From Parcubacteria bacterium C7867-007 (GTDB lineage Bacteria; Patescibacteriota; Minisyncoccia; Phycocordibacterales; Phycocordibacteraceae): 64,000 nucleotides of DNA. The notes beneath the pieces are model-generated. The model saw only the letters and a program-made list of their open reading frames with translations. It had not been told where the DNA came from and ran no database searches. The position numbers and the translations under genes were made by a program. The stretch lies in assembly GCA_001189195.1 (NCBI GenBank), contig LFCQ01000002.1, positions 68,997 through 132,996 on the forward strand, given 5' to 3'. Shown here one piece after another: positions 16,310-25,578 of the stretch. Position 1 is the first letter of the stretch, and each line of letters begins with the position of its first letter.

Positions 16310-17572
16310 CTATGATAACAGGAGCTTCTCGAGTTCTTCACCCACCACCTGCGCATCGCTCCACGGTGTTTTCTTTCCCTTAGCCTCCATAATGTACGGA
16401 TCAGTACCTTTGCCGGTGATAAGTACCGCATCTCCACTACGTGCACGTGAAAGTGCTTCATGAATTGCTTCACGTCGATCCATGAGTATCGTTGGGGTAC
16501 GCTTCATACCTTCAGCCATCGCGTCCATAATTGCTTGTGGATCCTCATCATACGGATCTTCGTTCGCAAGGATAACTTCATCACAATATTCGTCAGCAAT
16601 ACGGCCCATCTCTGGTCGTTTCCAAGTATCACGACCACCTCCTGTGTTACCGAGTACACAAATCTTTCGTCGTTCAGGGTATGCCTGATACAGAGCGATT
16701 AGAGAGTCGGGGGTGTGTGCGTAGTCCACTACCGCAAGGAAGTTTTGTCCTCGTTCAACACGTTCTGCACGTCCTGCAATACGCCCTAAGTTTCCAAGAG
16801 CCTTTGCACTTACCGGAACAGGTATTCCTACGAATGCAGCAGTCTTAATTGCTGCAAGCGCGTTACGTGCACTAAACGCACCAGGGTGCGGCAGGGATAC
16901 ATGCGTGTTATCGAAATCAAAATCTGTGGACTGATCAGTGAGTGAAAGATTCTCTGCGTCAGAAAGTGAGAAAGGGATAGACCGCTCAACAGGAAGTTGT
17001 AGGAAACGACGACCATACTCACTTTCGTTGTTTGCAATGATAGCTCTCGGTCGCTTGTTGGAACGAACAAGTGCTTTGCCAAGACGAAACTTAGCTTGAA
17101 AGTACTGCTCCATACCCCCATGAGATTCAATATGCTCCTTTTCAAGGTTGGTGAACACGAGCGCATCAAGTGAAAGAAACAGATGACGATACTGAAGTGC
17201 AGACTCACTCGTGAGTTCAATCACGGCGTGCGTTGCACCATCATGTACTGCTTCAGCGAGCAGTTTCTGGATAAACCCACGACCAGGCAGTGTCATCTTG
17301 AACTTATTCGCTCGTGTACTTTTACCAGTCTTGAAATGAATAGTGCTTGATACTGCAACGGTGTACCCAGCTTCCTCTAGAATCGCTGCGATCATTTCTG
17401 TTACTGATGATTTTCCTTTAGTGCCCGTAACACCAATCACGACAAGCTTCTTTGCAGGGAATCCATAGCGAATTGCACTGATCAAAGACCAACCCACATG
17501 ATACGGAATCAGGATTGCTCGGTACCAAGAGCGGGGAAGGAGACCCTCAATGAATCGTTTAAGTGTCCCCAT
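16310..17572 (-). CDS. murE: Mur ligase family protein (MurE-like UDP-MurNAc-tripeptide synthetase)
   Basis: GVTGTKGKSS P-loop, DYAHTPDSL, NTGGGRD, Mur-ligase C-terminal domain; lacks a long N-terminal domain, so the exact Mur paralogue is uncertain. Confidence 0.65.
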   Translation of the reverse strand: MGTLKRFIEGLLPRSWYRAILIPYHVGWSLISAIRYGFPAKKLVVIGVTGTKGKSSVTEMIAAILEEAGYTVAVSSTIHFKTGKSTRANKFKMTLPGRGFIQKLLAEAVHDGATHAVIELTSESALQYRHLFLSLDALVFTNLEKEHIESHGGMEQYFQAKFRLGKALVRSNKRPRAIIANNESEYGRRFLQLPVERSIPFSLSDAENLSLTDQSTDFDFDNTHVSLPHPGAFSARNALAAIKTAAFVGIPVPVSAKALGNLGRIAGRAERVERGQNFLAVVDYAHTPDSLIALYQAYPERRKICVLGNTGGGRDTWKRPEMGRIADEYCDEVILANEDPYDEDPQAIMDAMAEGMKRTPTILMDRREAIHEALSRARSGDAVLITGKGTDPYIMEAKGKKTPWSDAQVVGEELEKLLLS

Positions 17573-17574
17573 AT

Positions 17575-18129
17575 CTACCGTGACTTACCAGCAAGCGCTG
17601 CCTTAAGACGCGCATCACGACCAACAATATGCATGGGTACTGCGCTGAGCGCCGTACGCGCTTCACGATCGGTATACCCAAGCGCAACCAACGTATCAAA
17701 TACTTCTGCATCTTCATCGTCATGTTTCGCATCCGTTGGAGTGACCTTCTCTGAAAGCTCCACCACCAACTTCTCTGCAGCTTTATTCCCAAGCCCAACC
17801 ACACGCGTGAGGTATGAGAGGTCTCGCGAAGCTATTGCTGTCTCAAGTGATTCACGTGACGCACGGGAGAATATGGAAAGGGCAGTCTTAGGACCCACCC
17901 CTGAAACAGTGAGGAGTTGCTCAAAGAAGCGACGATCCTCTTCGGTGCTGAAGCCATAGAGATCCACACCATCCTGTTTAAATGCCATATAAGTCTTAAG
18001 ACGAACCTGGTCACCTGGTGCAAGCATATCCGCAGCTGCCAGATGGACGAAGATACCAAATCCGGCCACCTCTACGATGGCGCCCCCTGGTTCATTCCCT
18101 ATAACCACCCCGCTTAGCTCACGAATCAT
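17575..18129 (-). CDS. ruvA: Holliday-junction DNA helicase RuvA
   Basis: N-terminal OB fold MIRELSGVV..., two HhH motifs (VSGVGPKTALSI, VVGLGNKAAEKL), C-terminal domain III. Confidence 0.9.
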   Translation of the reverse strand: MIRELSGVVIGNEPGGAIVEVAGFGIFVHLAAADMLAPGDQVRLKTYMAFKQDGVDLYGFSTEEDRRFFEQLLTVSGVGPKTALSIFSRASRESLETAIASRDLSYLTRVVGLGNKAAEKLVVELSEKVTPTDAKHDDEDAEVFDTLVALGYTDREARTALSAVPMHIVGRDARLKAALAGKSR

Positions 18130-18185
18130 ATTAGGTATCGTACCATTTGCACGCGCGAGCGTTATAGCGTACTATCTCCTCACCT

Positions 18186-18455
18186 ATGGCAATTACCGCA
18201 AACGCAAAGAAGGCACACCGCGCATCCCTCAAGAAGCGCGTATTCAATGTGCGCCGCAAGCGTGTCCTTACGACCGCTACCAAAGAAGCAAAGAAGCAGA
18301 TCGCTCTAAATGCAGCAGATACTGCAACTTCACTTTCACAGGCATATAAGGCTATTGATAAGGCAGCTAAGCGCGGCATCATTAAGAAGAACACTGCATC
18401 TCGCAAGAAGTCCCGTCTCGCACTGGCACTCAAGCGAGCAACAGCAACTGCGTAA
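18186..18455 (+). CDS. rpsT: 30S ribosomal protein S20
   Basis: MAITANAKKAHRASLKKRVFNVRRK... is basic and helical, typical of bS20. Confidence 0.9.
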   Translation: MAITANAKKAHRASLKKRVFNVRRKRVLTTATKEAKKQIALNAADTATSLSQAYKAIDKAAKRGIIKKNTASRKKSRLALALKRATATA

Positions 18456-18459
18456 AAGA

Positions 18460-18492
18460 AAAGACCCGGATCAATTCCGGGTCTTTTCTTTT
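18460..18492 (+). terminator. Intrinsic terminator after rpsT
   Basis: AGACCCGGA-TCAATT-CCGGGTCT followed by TTTCTTTT. Confidence 0.7.
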
Positions 18493-18505
18493 ACTAACTA
18501 CGTTT

Positions 18506-18580
18506 TGGTGCTCCCGGCAGGAATCGAACCTACATCGTATCCTCCGCAAGGATATGTCCTATCCATTGAACGACGGGAGC
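18506..18580 (-). tRNA. tRNA-Arg (anticodon read as GCG; CCA encoded)
   Basis: Manual fold: acceptor GCTCCCG/CGGGAGC, anticodon stem TATCC/GGATA with loop TTGCGGA, T-arm GTAGG-TTCGATT-CCTGC; a GCG anticodon is unusual and the assignment should be rechecked. Confidence 0.6.
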
Positions 18581-18647
18581 AATGAGAGACAAACAAAAAT
18601 GTTCGTCCCGTGCTGACTGTATCGTCTGGAGGCCCTATTTGCAAGAA

Positions 18648-19121
18648 TTAGTGACGAAAAAGATGCTCTAAGCGATCCATGAGTGAATTCTCATGCATAC
18701 CCTCAGGTAGATGTTGTGAGACGTAGTCATACACCTCAAGCGGGTCATGATCAACGATTGGAATGTATATATGGGGGGCAAAGATATGATTTGTCTTTAT
18801 AGAAAGGGCAGGGGGAAGGGTGTTGTCTATGTATTCCAGTACCGAGAAGTCCACCATGTCTTTGTATAGATACAGGCTGTTATCAATACCAACACCATTG
18901 TCATAGATAGCGAAACGGTGTGTACGAGGATGCTTTGCGGCAGAGAGTGCGAGAGAGCCTGCGGCAGCAATCACTACAAGTGCGAGGAGAATGTTGTTGA
19001 AGAGTACACAAGCGATCGCTGCAGCGATCGCGATAATACCAAGTGCCCAGTACCAGTCGGCACCTTTCTCTTCAAACACATATTCTCTACCGAACCACTC
19101 GAAGATAGGAGTGTGGGGCAT
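18648..19121 (-). CDS. Hypothetical membrane protein (157 aa)
   Basis: Two hydrophobic helices near the N-terminus (WYWALGIIAIAAAIACVLF, ILLALVVIAAAGSLALSAA). Confidence 0.5.
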   Translation of the reverse strand: MPHTPIFEWFGREYVFEEKGADWYWALGIIAIAAAIACVLFNNILLALVVIAAAGSLALSAAKHPRTHRFAIYDNGVGIDNSLYLYKDMVDFSVLEYIDNTLPPALSIKTNHIFAPHIYIPIVDHDPLEVYDYVSQHLPEGMHENSLMDRLEHLFRH

Positions 19122-19141
19122 GTCGATATGATAGCACTTGC

Positions 19142-20356
19142 GTGCTATCTTTTATCTATATGTGGATGCGTCCTGGAATAGTTGCAGCGGGCTCGTTGCC
19201 AACAATTCCTGGGGTAACAAACTTTAGTCGTGCGAATAACGCTGCGTTTCTTACTGCACTCTCCGCAGTGAAAGCAGGAACGAATGATGTAAAGATCGCG
19301 TGTATGGGTGACAGTATCACCGCAGGTAAAGGTGCAACGGTATCAGTAAATGGCTGGACGGGTGCGCGTGCAGGCGCATATCCTCGTCTTCTTAGAACGG
19401 CTCTTGCTAGTGCATCAATTCCTTCCATTCAGGCAGACTTTTGGGGAGAGGGTACCTCACTTGGTACAACTTCAGATATTGATCTATACATGGGTAACAT
19501 TGCGCGCTCTGGATCTGGGTTTGCAATATCGGGCTCAGTGCAAAGTATTGCAGGCCTTTCCCACGCACAGAATGGTAGCCAGGTTGATAGCACCAGCACC
19601 ATTACCTATACCTGTCCTGCAGGAATGGTTGCAGATAGTGTGGCGGTCTTCACCGCACGCAATACTAGTATTGGTAAATATGTAGTGTCTCTTGATGGGG
19701 GAGCAGAAAGTCCAGAAGTGGATACTGCAGGAACCCCTGGCGCATTCACCACCACATTCTCCTATGCTTCCGCAGCCACTGGACACACGGTTCGCATTCG
19801 CAAATCAAGCACTACTGCCATTGGAGTGTTTGTGCTCGGTGTGTATTTCTATAACAGTTCAGAAAAGGGTCTCCAGCTTTGGAACTGGGGTCGAGGTGGT
19901 TGGAGAACAGACGATTGGGTAAACTCAACAAGCGCGTGGTTTCCGGGGTTCCATTACCATACACAAGGCGCAAAACTGACAATTGTTGAGTTGTGGGGTA
20001 ACGATGCCATCTCTCGACCTTCAAGCACCACAACCACCATAACGAATCTCACGACGATCATCGATAACTTACAGGCAGCAGGTTCCACGGTGTGGATCGT
20101 AAACCCCCAACCATTTGATCCTGCAGGCTCAATCGGAAGTACTGCATCATCACTGTACCGGTCGGCAGTTGCTAGTCTCGCTGACTCAAAGAATTGCACG
20201 CTCATTGATGAAACACATCACTACCCAACATGGTCCGCATGGAATGGTGCAGGGTTTGCATGGGATGCAAATCACCCTTCACAAACGGGATATCAGCACA
20301 AAGTAGATAGTTTCTATACCCCAATGCTACGAGCTCTGTGGGCAGCCGCACCATAA
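19142..20356 (+). CDS. SGNH/GDSL-family hydrolase
   Basis: Block I CMGDSITAG, block III WGNDA, block V DANHPS. Confidence 0.65.
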   Translation: MLSFIYMWMRPGIVAAGSLPTIPGVTNFSRANNAAFLTALSAVKAGTNDVKIACMGDSITAGKGATVSVNGWTGARAGAYPRLLRTALASASIPSIQADFWGEGTSLGTTSDIDLYMGNIARSGSGFAISGSVQSIAGLSHAQNGSQVDSTSTITYTCPAGMVADSVAVFTARNTSIGKYVVSLDGGAESPEVDTAGTPGAFTTTFSYASAATGHTVRIRKSSTTAIGVFVLGVYFYNSSEKGLQLWNWGRGGWRTDDWVNSTSAWFPGFHYHTQGAKLTIVELWGNDAISRPSSTTTTITNLTTIIDNLQAAGSTVWIVNPQPFDPAGSIGSTASSLYRSAVASLADSKNCTLIDETHHYPTWSAWNGAGFAWDANHPSQTGYQHKVDSFYTPMLRALWAAAP

Positions 20357-20389
20357 AGAAACAACCGCCGAAGGGCGGTTGTTTCTTTA

Positions 20390-20481
20390 TGGTGCGGAGG
20401 GGGAGAGATTCGAACTCTCGGTCCCCGTAAAGAGACTCCTGTTTTCAAGACAGGTGCAATCGACCACTCTGCCACCCCTCC
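20390..20481 (-). tRNA. tRNA-Ser (anticodon TGA), long variable arm, CCA encoded
   Basis: Manual fold: acceptor GGAGGGG/CCCCTCC, anticodon loop CTTGAAA, long extra arm, T-arm GAGAG-TTCGAAT-CTCTC. Confidence 0.85.
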
Positions 20482-20588
20482 GTGTCTTACGCGTATAAAC
20501 GCGGTACGGGCATACTACCCTCAATAGCGAACTAAGGCCAGAGTGTGGATACGTAGTGCGAAAGAATAGCTCCTGCTAGGATACCTAT

Positions 20589-21341
20589 ATGAAATATCTC
20601 GGCATAGATTACGGTACTAAAAAGGTTGGCCTCGCTCTCTCGGATGATGGGGGTTCAATGGGATTCCCGCACAGCATCCTCCCCAACGATGTGCGTCTAT
20701 TTGATGCTATTCGCGAATTAATCACCAAAGAAAAGGTAGAGGCGGTGGTGATGGGGGAGTCTCGAGACTTCTCAGGAGCTGAGAACCCTGTTGCAGAAGA
20801 AGCACGTACGTTTGCTACGCGTCTTGTTGAGGCTGGCACACCCGTACACTTTGAACCAGAGATGCTCACTACTCAAGAAGCACGTCGTGACTTCGAGGGG
20901 ATACGTACGAGTGGTCATGCAGTGGTGGATTCTTCTGCAGCAGCACTCATCCTAACCAGCTACCTGTCTCGCACCCCGGTTGTTGAAGAACCAGTACCAA
21001 CGGGCAAGCCACAAATCTCCATCGATGAGTTTCTAAAGATTGAAGTGAAGATGGGATTTGTGCGAACAGCAGAGCGGGTTGAGGATACAGACAAACTTCT
21101 CCGTCTCACCGTTGACTTCAATGAACCAAATGGGCCGCGCCAGATTGTTTCCGGTATCGCAATGTATGTTGAAACTCCAGAAGCACTTATTGGTAGACAA
21201 CTAGCATTTGTAACAAACTTAAAACCCCGTACCATCAAAGGGCTTGAATCAAACGGCATGCTCTTTGCTGTTGGTGAAGGAGATACTTTCGCATTTGTCA
21301 CACCTGATCGTGAGGTTCCTCCAGGTACTGCTGCACACTAA
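20589..21341 (+). CDS. Fusion protein: RuvX/YqgF-type resolvase-like ribonuclease domain (N-terminal) joined to an EMAP/Trbp111-type tRNA-binding OB domain (C-terminal)
   Basis: N-terminal MKYLGIDYGTKKVGLALSD ... VDSSAAALILTSYL is the RuvX pattern; C-terminal ISIDEFLKIEVKMGFVRTAE...LLRLTVDFNEP...RQIVSGIAMYVETPEALIGRQLAFVTNLKPRTIKGLESNGMLFAV is the PF01588 tRNA-binding signature found at MetRS C-termini and in CsaA. Confidence 0.7.
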   Translation: MKYLGIDYGTKKVGLALSDDGGSMGFPHSILPNDVRLFDAIRELITKEKVEAVVMGESRDFSGAENPVAEEARTFATRLVEAGTPVHFEPEMLTTQEARRDFEGIRTSGHAVVDSSAAALILTSYLSRTPVVEEPVPTGKPQISIDEFLKIEVKMGFVRTAERVEDTDKLLRLTVDFNEPNGPRQIVSGIAMYVETPEALIGRQLAFVTNLKPRTIKGLESNGMLFAVGEGDTFAFVTPDREVPPGTAAH

Positions 21342-21402
21342 TTCATATTTGTAGGCATAACATACTGCGCACACCTCAACTGACGCGCTATACTAGGCGG
21401 TA

Positions 21403-22488
21403 ATGAAGCAATCGCTTGCACATTTCGCGCGCATTGAATTTGCTCCCCCAGATTACCTTGCCCTCCCAACGGCAGGTATGGATATTTCTGCAAGTGGCAT
21501 CAAGACCGTTCTCTTAAAAGAACGCATGCATGGGCTTGAAGTTTCTGCGATATCAGAGGAACGCCTACAGCCAGGCATTATTCAAAATGGAGAAATTGCA
21601 GACCACGCGACCCTCACCAAAGCACTCGCTATTGTTGCAGCACGTCATGGTATTCGTCGTGCAAACATAACACTCCCTGAGGCACGCGGGTACTTATTTG
21701 AAGCAGATGCTGCAGGAAAGAGTAAGAAGTTTTGGCGTACCAGTGTGGAGCAGCACCTCGATGAATATGTTCCACTGCCACCCGCAGAGGTGGCGTTCGA
21801 TGTGGCACCGCTTATGGTAAAAGGTGATTCAGTGCACGTGGTTGGCATAGGGTATGCACGTCGTGTGGCTGATGCAGCGGTGCAGGTATTCGAAGATGCG
21901 GGTATTGAAGTACGTTCACTCGAGAGTGAAACATTCGCACTTCCGCGTGCAATCTTGCCGCATGGTGATACAGAAACGGTAATGGTGATTGATATTGGTA
22001 AGACCACAACAAAACTGCTGGTGGTGTCTCATCGACTTCCTCGCTTTGCCACCACCCTTGATGTGGGAGGTCATGCGCTCACCCTTGCGGTTCAGAAACA
22101 CTTTGGTGTTTCTGAAGAAGAAGCAAAGCGTGTGAAGGCAGAGCAGGGATTGGTGGCAGGTGCAGAAAATGCAGAGTATCAGGCAGCAATGCTCTCCACG
22201 GTTTCTGTCATTCGTGAAGAGATCGTGCGACGTCTTGATTATTGGCAGAGCAGAGCAGGGCAGATACCGGCACATGAACCGGTAACACGAGCGATCTTGG
22301 TAGGAGGAAATGCAACCGTACGTGGTCTCCCAGAATATCTAGGAGCATCATTGAAAATACCGGTTGAACTGGGTGATGTGTTTAAGAATCTAGCGTCACG
22401 TGATGACTGGCTTCCACCGATTGATTATATGGAATCACTTGCATACGGTACGGCTGTAGGGCTCGCACTACGAGAATATGTCATCTGA
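21403..22488 (+). CDS. pilM: Type IV pilus assembly protein PilM (actin-like ATPase fold)
   Basis: GMDISASGIKTVLL N-terminal PilM motif; followed by pilN/pilO-like genes with overlapping stop and start codons. Confidence 0.7.
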   Translation: MKQSLAHFARIEFAPPDYLALPTAGMDISASGIKTVLLKERMHGLEVSAISEERLQPGIIQNGEIADHATLTKALAIVAARHGIRRANITLPEARGYLFEADAAGKSKKFWRTSVEQHLDEYVPLPPAEVAFDVAPLMVKGDSVHVVGIGYARRVADAAVQVFEDAGIEVRSLESETFALPRAILPHGDTETVMVIDIGKTTTKLLVVSHRLPRFATTLDVGGHALTLAVQKHFGVSEEEAKRVKAEQGLVAGAENAEYQAAMLSTVSVIREEIVRRLDYWQSRAGQIPAHEPVTRAILVGGNATVRGLPEYLGASLKIPVELGDVFKNLASRDDWLPPIDYMESLAYGTAVGLALREYVI

Positions 22489-23035
22489 ACTCACTAATCT
22501 TCTCCCTCGTTCAAGCGCTAAAGCGTTCAAGCACGGGTATCTTTTACGCGTGGCAGCACTTGCGCTGTTTATGCTCACGCTACTGATCGTGATCCACGGT
22601 CTTCTTCTTGCTCCAAGTTATCTCTACGCACGCACCGAAGTGGTGCGACAAACAAAGCAGCTTGAGGGATTGGATGCGAGCCTACAAACTTCAGAAGAGA
22701 AAGAGGTGCGCGCTCGCCTCGGAAGTCTTACCGGTAATGTTACGTATTTGAATCGTCTTGCCACCACCACTGCAGCATCTGATGTGGTGCGAAGGATTCT
22801 AGATGTTCCTCGTAGTGGTGTACAGATATCTGGCTTCACCTACGCGCCTTCCACTAAAGATGGTGCCCGCATGACTGTTTCAGGAGTTGCCTCATCACGA
22901 GACACACTGCGTGCCTATGCGCTGGCACTCGGGCAGCTGCCGTTTGTAACAAATGCTGATCTGCCAATCAGTGCATACGCAAAGGAGAATGACATTCCAT
23001 TCACCATCACCCTTACAGGAACCTTGAAGCCATGA
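22478..23035 (+). CDS. pilN: PilN-like pilus assembly protein (single N-terminal TM)
   Basis: Cytoplasmic N-terminus, TM LRVAALALFMLTLLIVIHGLLLA, periplasmic remainder; gene order. Confidence 0.55.
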   Translation: MSSELTNLLPRSSAKAFKHGYLLRVAALALFMLTLLIVIHGLLLAPSYLYARTEVVRQTKQLEGLDASLQTSEEKEVRARLGSLTGNVTYLNRLATTTAASDVVRRILDVPRSGVQISGFTYAPSTKDGARMTVSGVASSRDTLRAYALALGQLPFVTNADLPISAYAKENDIPFTITLTGTLKP

Positions 23036-23574
23036 AAAAGCCTCTGACACATCTTATTGTTTCTTTAGTACTGCTCATCGTAGCGATTGGCGCATACGGG
23101 GTGTGGTTTGTGGTGGTAGATACCGAAAGCGCAAAGGCACGCGCACTTAGTGCTGAGATTAAAACAAAGAGCCAGGACGCATTACGTATCGCCGAAGCAA
23201 AGGAAGCGCTTGCCGCACTTGCTATGAACGAATCAGCAGTGAATTCACACTTCATCTCACCTAACGACGTGGTGCCATTCCTTGGTGGCCTTGGTGCTAC
23301 TGGTGCCGCATTGGGTTCAAAGGTAGAGGTGGTTTCGGTGGGTGCAGATAACGCTACAGCAGGGCAGGGCCATCTCAATCTATCTCTACGCATCACGGGT
23401 AGTTTTAATGCAGTGCTTCGTACGCTTGGTGCACTTGAATATGCACCATACGATATCTCTCTCACCAATCTCTCGTTTGATACGAGCGGTGACTCACTTT
23501 GGTCAGCAGCCGTTACAGTAAAGGTTGGAACAGGTCCTGTGGTACCAAAACCTGTCGTAAAACCAGCATCATGA
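23032..23574 (+). CDS. pilO: PilO-like pilus assembly protein
   Basis: TM LIVSLVLLIVAIGAYGVWFVV, coiled region, gene order. Confidence 0.5.
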   Translation: MKKPLTHLIVSLVLLIVAIGAYGVWFVVVDTESAKARALSAEIKTKSQDALRIAEAKEALAALAMNESAVNSHFISPNDVVPFLGGLGATGAALGSKVEVVSVGADNATAGQGHLNLSLRITGSFNAVLRTLGALEYAPYDISLTNLSFDTSGDSLWSAAVTVKVGTGPVVPKPVVKPAS

Positions 23575-23906
23575 AATTAACCCTCCCAAAACTTTCAAAG
23601 AACTCTCCCTCACTTAAGTATGGTGAGCGTCTGAATCCATCACGGGACTGGCTCATTCTTGTAATGGTATTTGTTCTTCTCTTGCTCGGAAGTCTTGGGT
23701 GGAATATCTGGCTTTTTGATCGTGTAACAAATGGTGATGCAATAGGAAATGCCACGGCACCTGCACCACTCAACCCCGCATCAATTGATTCTGTTAATGC
23801 ACTATTTGAAGCACGCGCCGTAAAGGAAACAGACTATAAGAACAGTCGATTCGTAGACCCCTCCACTTCAGCGGCTCCAGGTGCTAGTGTTGAAGTGCCC
23901 CTATAG
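23571..23906 (+). CDS. Small membrane protein, possibly a PilP-like pilus-assembly component
   Basis: MKLTLPKLSKN..., TM WLILVMVFVLLLLGSLGWNIWLF; follows pilO; the C-terminal few codons overlap the next tRNA. Confidence 0.35.
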   Translation: MKLTLPKLSKNSPSLKYGERLNPSRDWLILVMVFVLLLLGSLGWNIWLFDRVTNGDAIGNATAPAPLNPASIDSVNALFEARAVKETDYKNSRFVDPSTSAAPGASVEVPL

Positions 23907-23968
23907 CTCAATGGATAGAGCAGGAGACTTCTAAGCTCTTGATCTAGGTTCGATTCCTGGTGGGGGCA
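23896..23968 (+). tRNA. tRNA-Arg (anticodon TCT)
   Basis: Manual fold: acceptor GCCCCTA/TGGGGGC, D-arm GCTC-AATGGATA-GAGC, anticodon loop CTTCTAA, T-arm CTAGG-TTCGATT-CCTGG. Confidence 0.75.
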
Positions 23969-24010
23969 CTAAATAGAAAACACCTCGGATCTCTCCGAGG
24001 TGTTTTCTTC

Positions 24011-24087
24011 TGGTGCGGGCTGAGGGACTTGAACCCCCGACCATTCGAGTGTAAATCGAGTGCTCTACCAACTGAGCTAAGCCCGCC
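24011..24087 (-). tRNA. tRNA-Val (anticodon TAC), CCA encoded
   Basis: Manual fold: acceptor GGCGGGC/GCCCGC, D-arm GCTC-AGTTGGTA-GAGC, anticodon loop TTTACAC, T-arm GGGGG-TTCAAGT-CCCTC. Confidence 0.85.
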
Positions 24088-24142
24088 TACCAGCTACCAT
24101 ACCGCATACTGAGCTTTTTTTGAAGTGTGCTAGGGTACCGAT

Positions 24143-24874
24143 ATGGATTTTCCGATTCTTTATGAAGATGATGCCATTGTGGCTATAGATAAGCCCATTG
24201 GAGTCATGACCCACCCGGATGGGCACTCAAGCGAAGAAACCGTCAGTGACTGGTTTGCAAAGCGATATCCGGCCTCTGCAGAGGTGGGGGAGACGCAGCG
24301 ATTACAGAACGGTACAGAGATTCTTCGTGCAGGTATTGTGCATCGTCTGGATCGCGACACCTCCGGTGTGATGATTCTCACAAAGACACCAGAAGCCCAT
24401 GCGTTCTATAAGGAATCATTTCAGGAACATGTAATACAGAAGACTTATCTTGCTTTTGTGTACGGAACCCTCAAGGAGTCTAAGGGAACGATTAATCTTC
24501 CTATCGGTCGCTCTGCATCAGACTTCCGTCTGCGTTCAGCACAACGTGGTTCGAAAGGGCTGCGTCGTGAAGCCATCACACACTACGAGGTGGTGGGGGA
24601 GAATGGCACGCACTCGCTTATTAAGGCGATGCCACAGACTGGTCGTACGCATCAGATCCGTGTGCACTTGAAGGCAATTCATCATCCCATCGTGTGTGAC
24701 CCACTCTACGCTCCTAACCAAAAGTGTGATCTTGGTTTCAAGCGTCTTGGTCTTCATGCATATCAGCTTGAGTTACCTCTGGCTTCAGGTGATCAAATTA
24801 AGATTACGGCCCCAATTCCAGACGAATTAAAGGAATCAGTGGCTAAATTCCCTGGTACCGAGGGCTTGGTATAG
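24143..24874 (+). CDS. RluA-family pseudouridine synthase
   Basis: Catalytic HRLDRDTSGVMIL motif; GRTHQIRVH. Confidence 0.8.
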   Translation: MDFPILYEDDAIVAIDKPIGVMTHPDGHSSEETVSDWFAKRYPASAEVGETQRLQNGTEILRAGIVHRLDRDTSGVMILTKTPEAHAFYKESFQEHVIQKTYLAFVYGTLKESKGTINLPIGRSASDFRLRSAQRGSKGLRREAITHYEVVGENGTHSLIKAMPQTGRTHQIRVHLKAIHHPIVCDPLYAPNQKCDLGFKRLGLHAYQLELPLASGDQIKITAPIPDELKESVAKFPGTEGLV

Positions 24875-24912
24875 CTGCATATTTTGCTTTTATAAAGGCC
24901 GTGTGGTAGATT

Positions 24913-25494
24913 TTGCCTACTATGAATTCCGTTATCACCCCCGTAAAGACGGCGGAGCGCACCGGCCTGGGCATCCGTCCTGGTGACACTGTACGTGTAC
25001 ATCAGAACATCATTGAGAAGGGCAAAACTCGTACTCAGGTGTTTGAAGGTCTCGTTATTTCTGTAAAGCATGGTACCGAAGCGGGTGCTACTTTCACCGT
25101 TCGCGCTACACTTTCTGGTGTTGGTGTTGAGCGTATTTTCCCACTCTTCGCTCCATTCATCTCAAAGATTGAGATCGTACGTCGCTCCAAGGTTCGTCGC
25201 GCTAAGCTCTACTTCATCCGTGAGAAGGTTGCTCGTGAGGTACGTCGCCAGCTCCGCAACATGCGCATGGTTAAGATGTCTACTGACGACTTTAAGGAGG
25301 AAGAAGTTCCTGCTGAAGTAGCTCCTGTAGAAGTTGAAGAGGTAATGGAACAAGACCCAGCACAGACTCCAGAAGGTGCAGACATGACCCCCGCAGAAGA
25401 GGAGGCAGGTGAGCCTGAAGCACCCGTCGTTGATGAGATGTCTGTTGACGCTCCAACTGAGGAAGAAAAGGAAAAGGAAGAGAAAGCTGCATAA
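24913..25494 (+). CDS. rplS: 50S ribosomal protein L19 with a long acidic E/A/P-rich C-terminal extension
   Basis: [28 protein letters not shown]...[30 protein letters not shown] is the bL19 core; about 70 extra acidic residues at the C-terminus. Confidence 0.85.
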   Translation: MPTMNSVITPVKTAERTGLGIRPGDTVRVHQNIIEKGKTRTQVFEGLVISVKHGTEAGATFTVRATLSGVGVERIFPLFAPFISKIEIVRRSKVRRAKLYFIREKVAREVRRQLRNMRMVKMSTDDFKEEEVPAEVAPVEVEEVMEQDPAQTPEGADMTPAEEEAGEPEAPVVDEMSVDAPTEEEKEKEEKAA

Positions 25495-25578
25495 GATATA
25501 AAATCTTACTAAGGACAAAACGCCGGTATCAACCGGCGTTTTGTCTTACATAGGAATAATTCGCTCCATGCTTATGGT

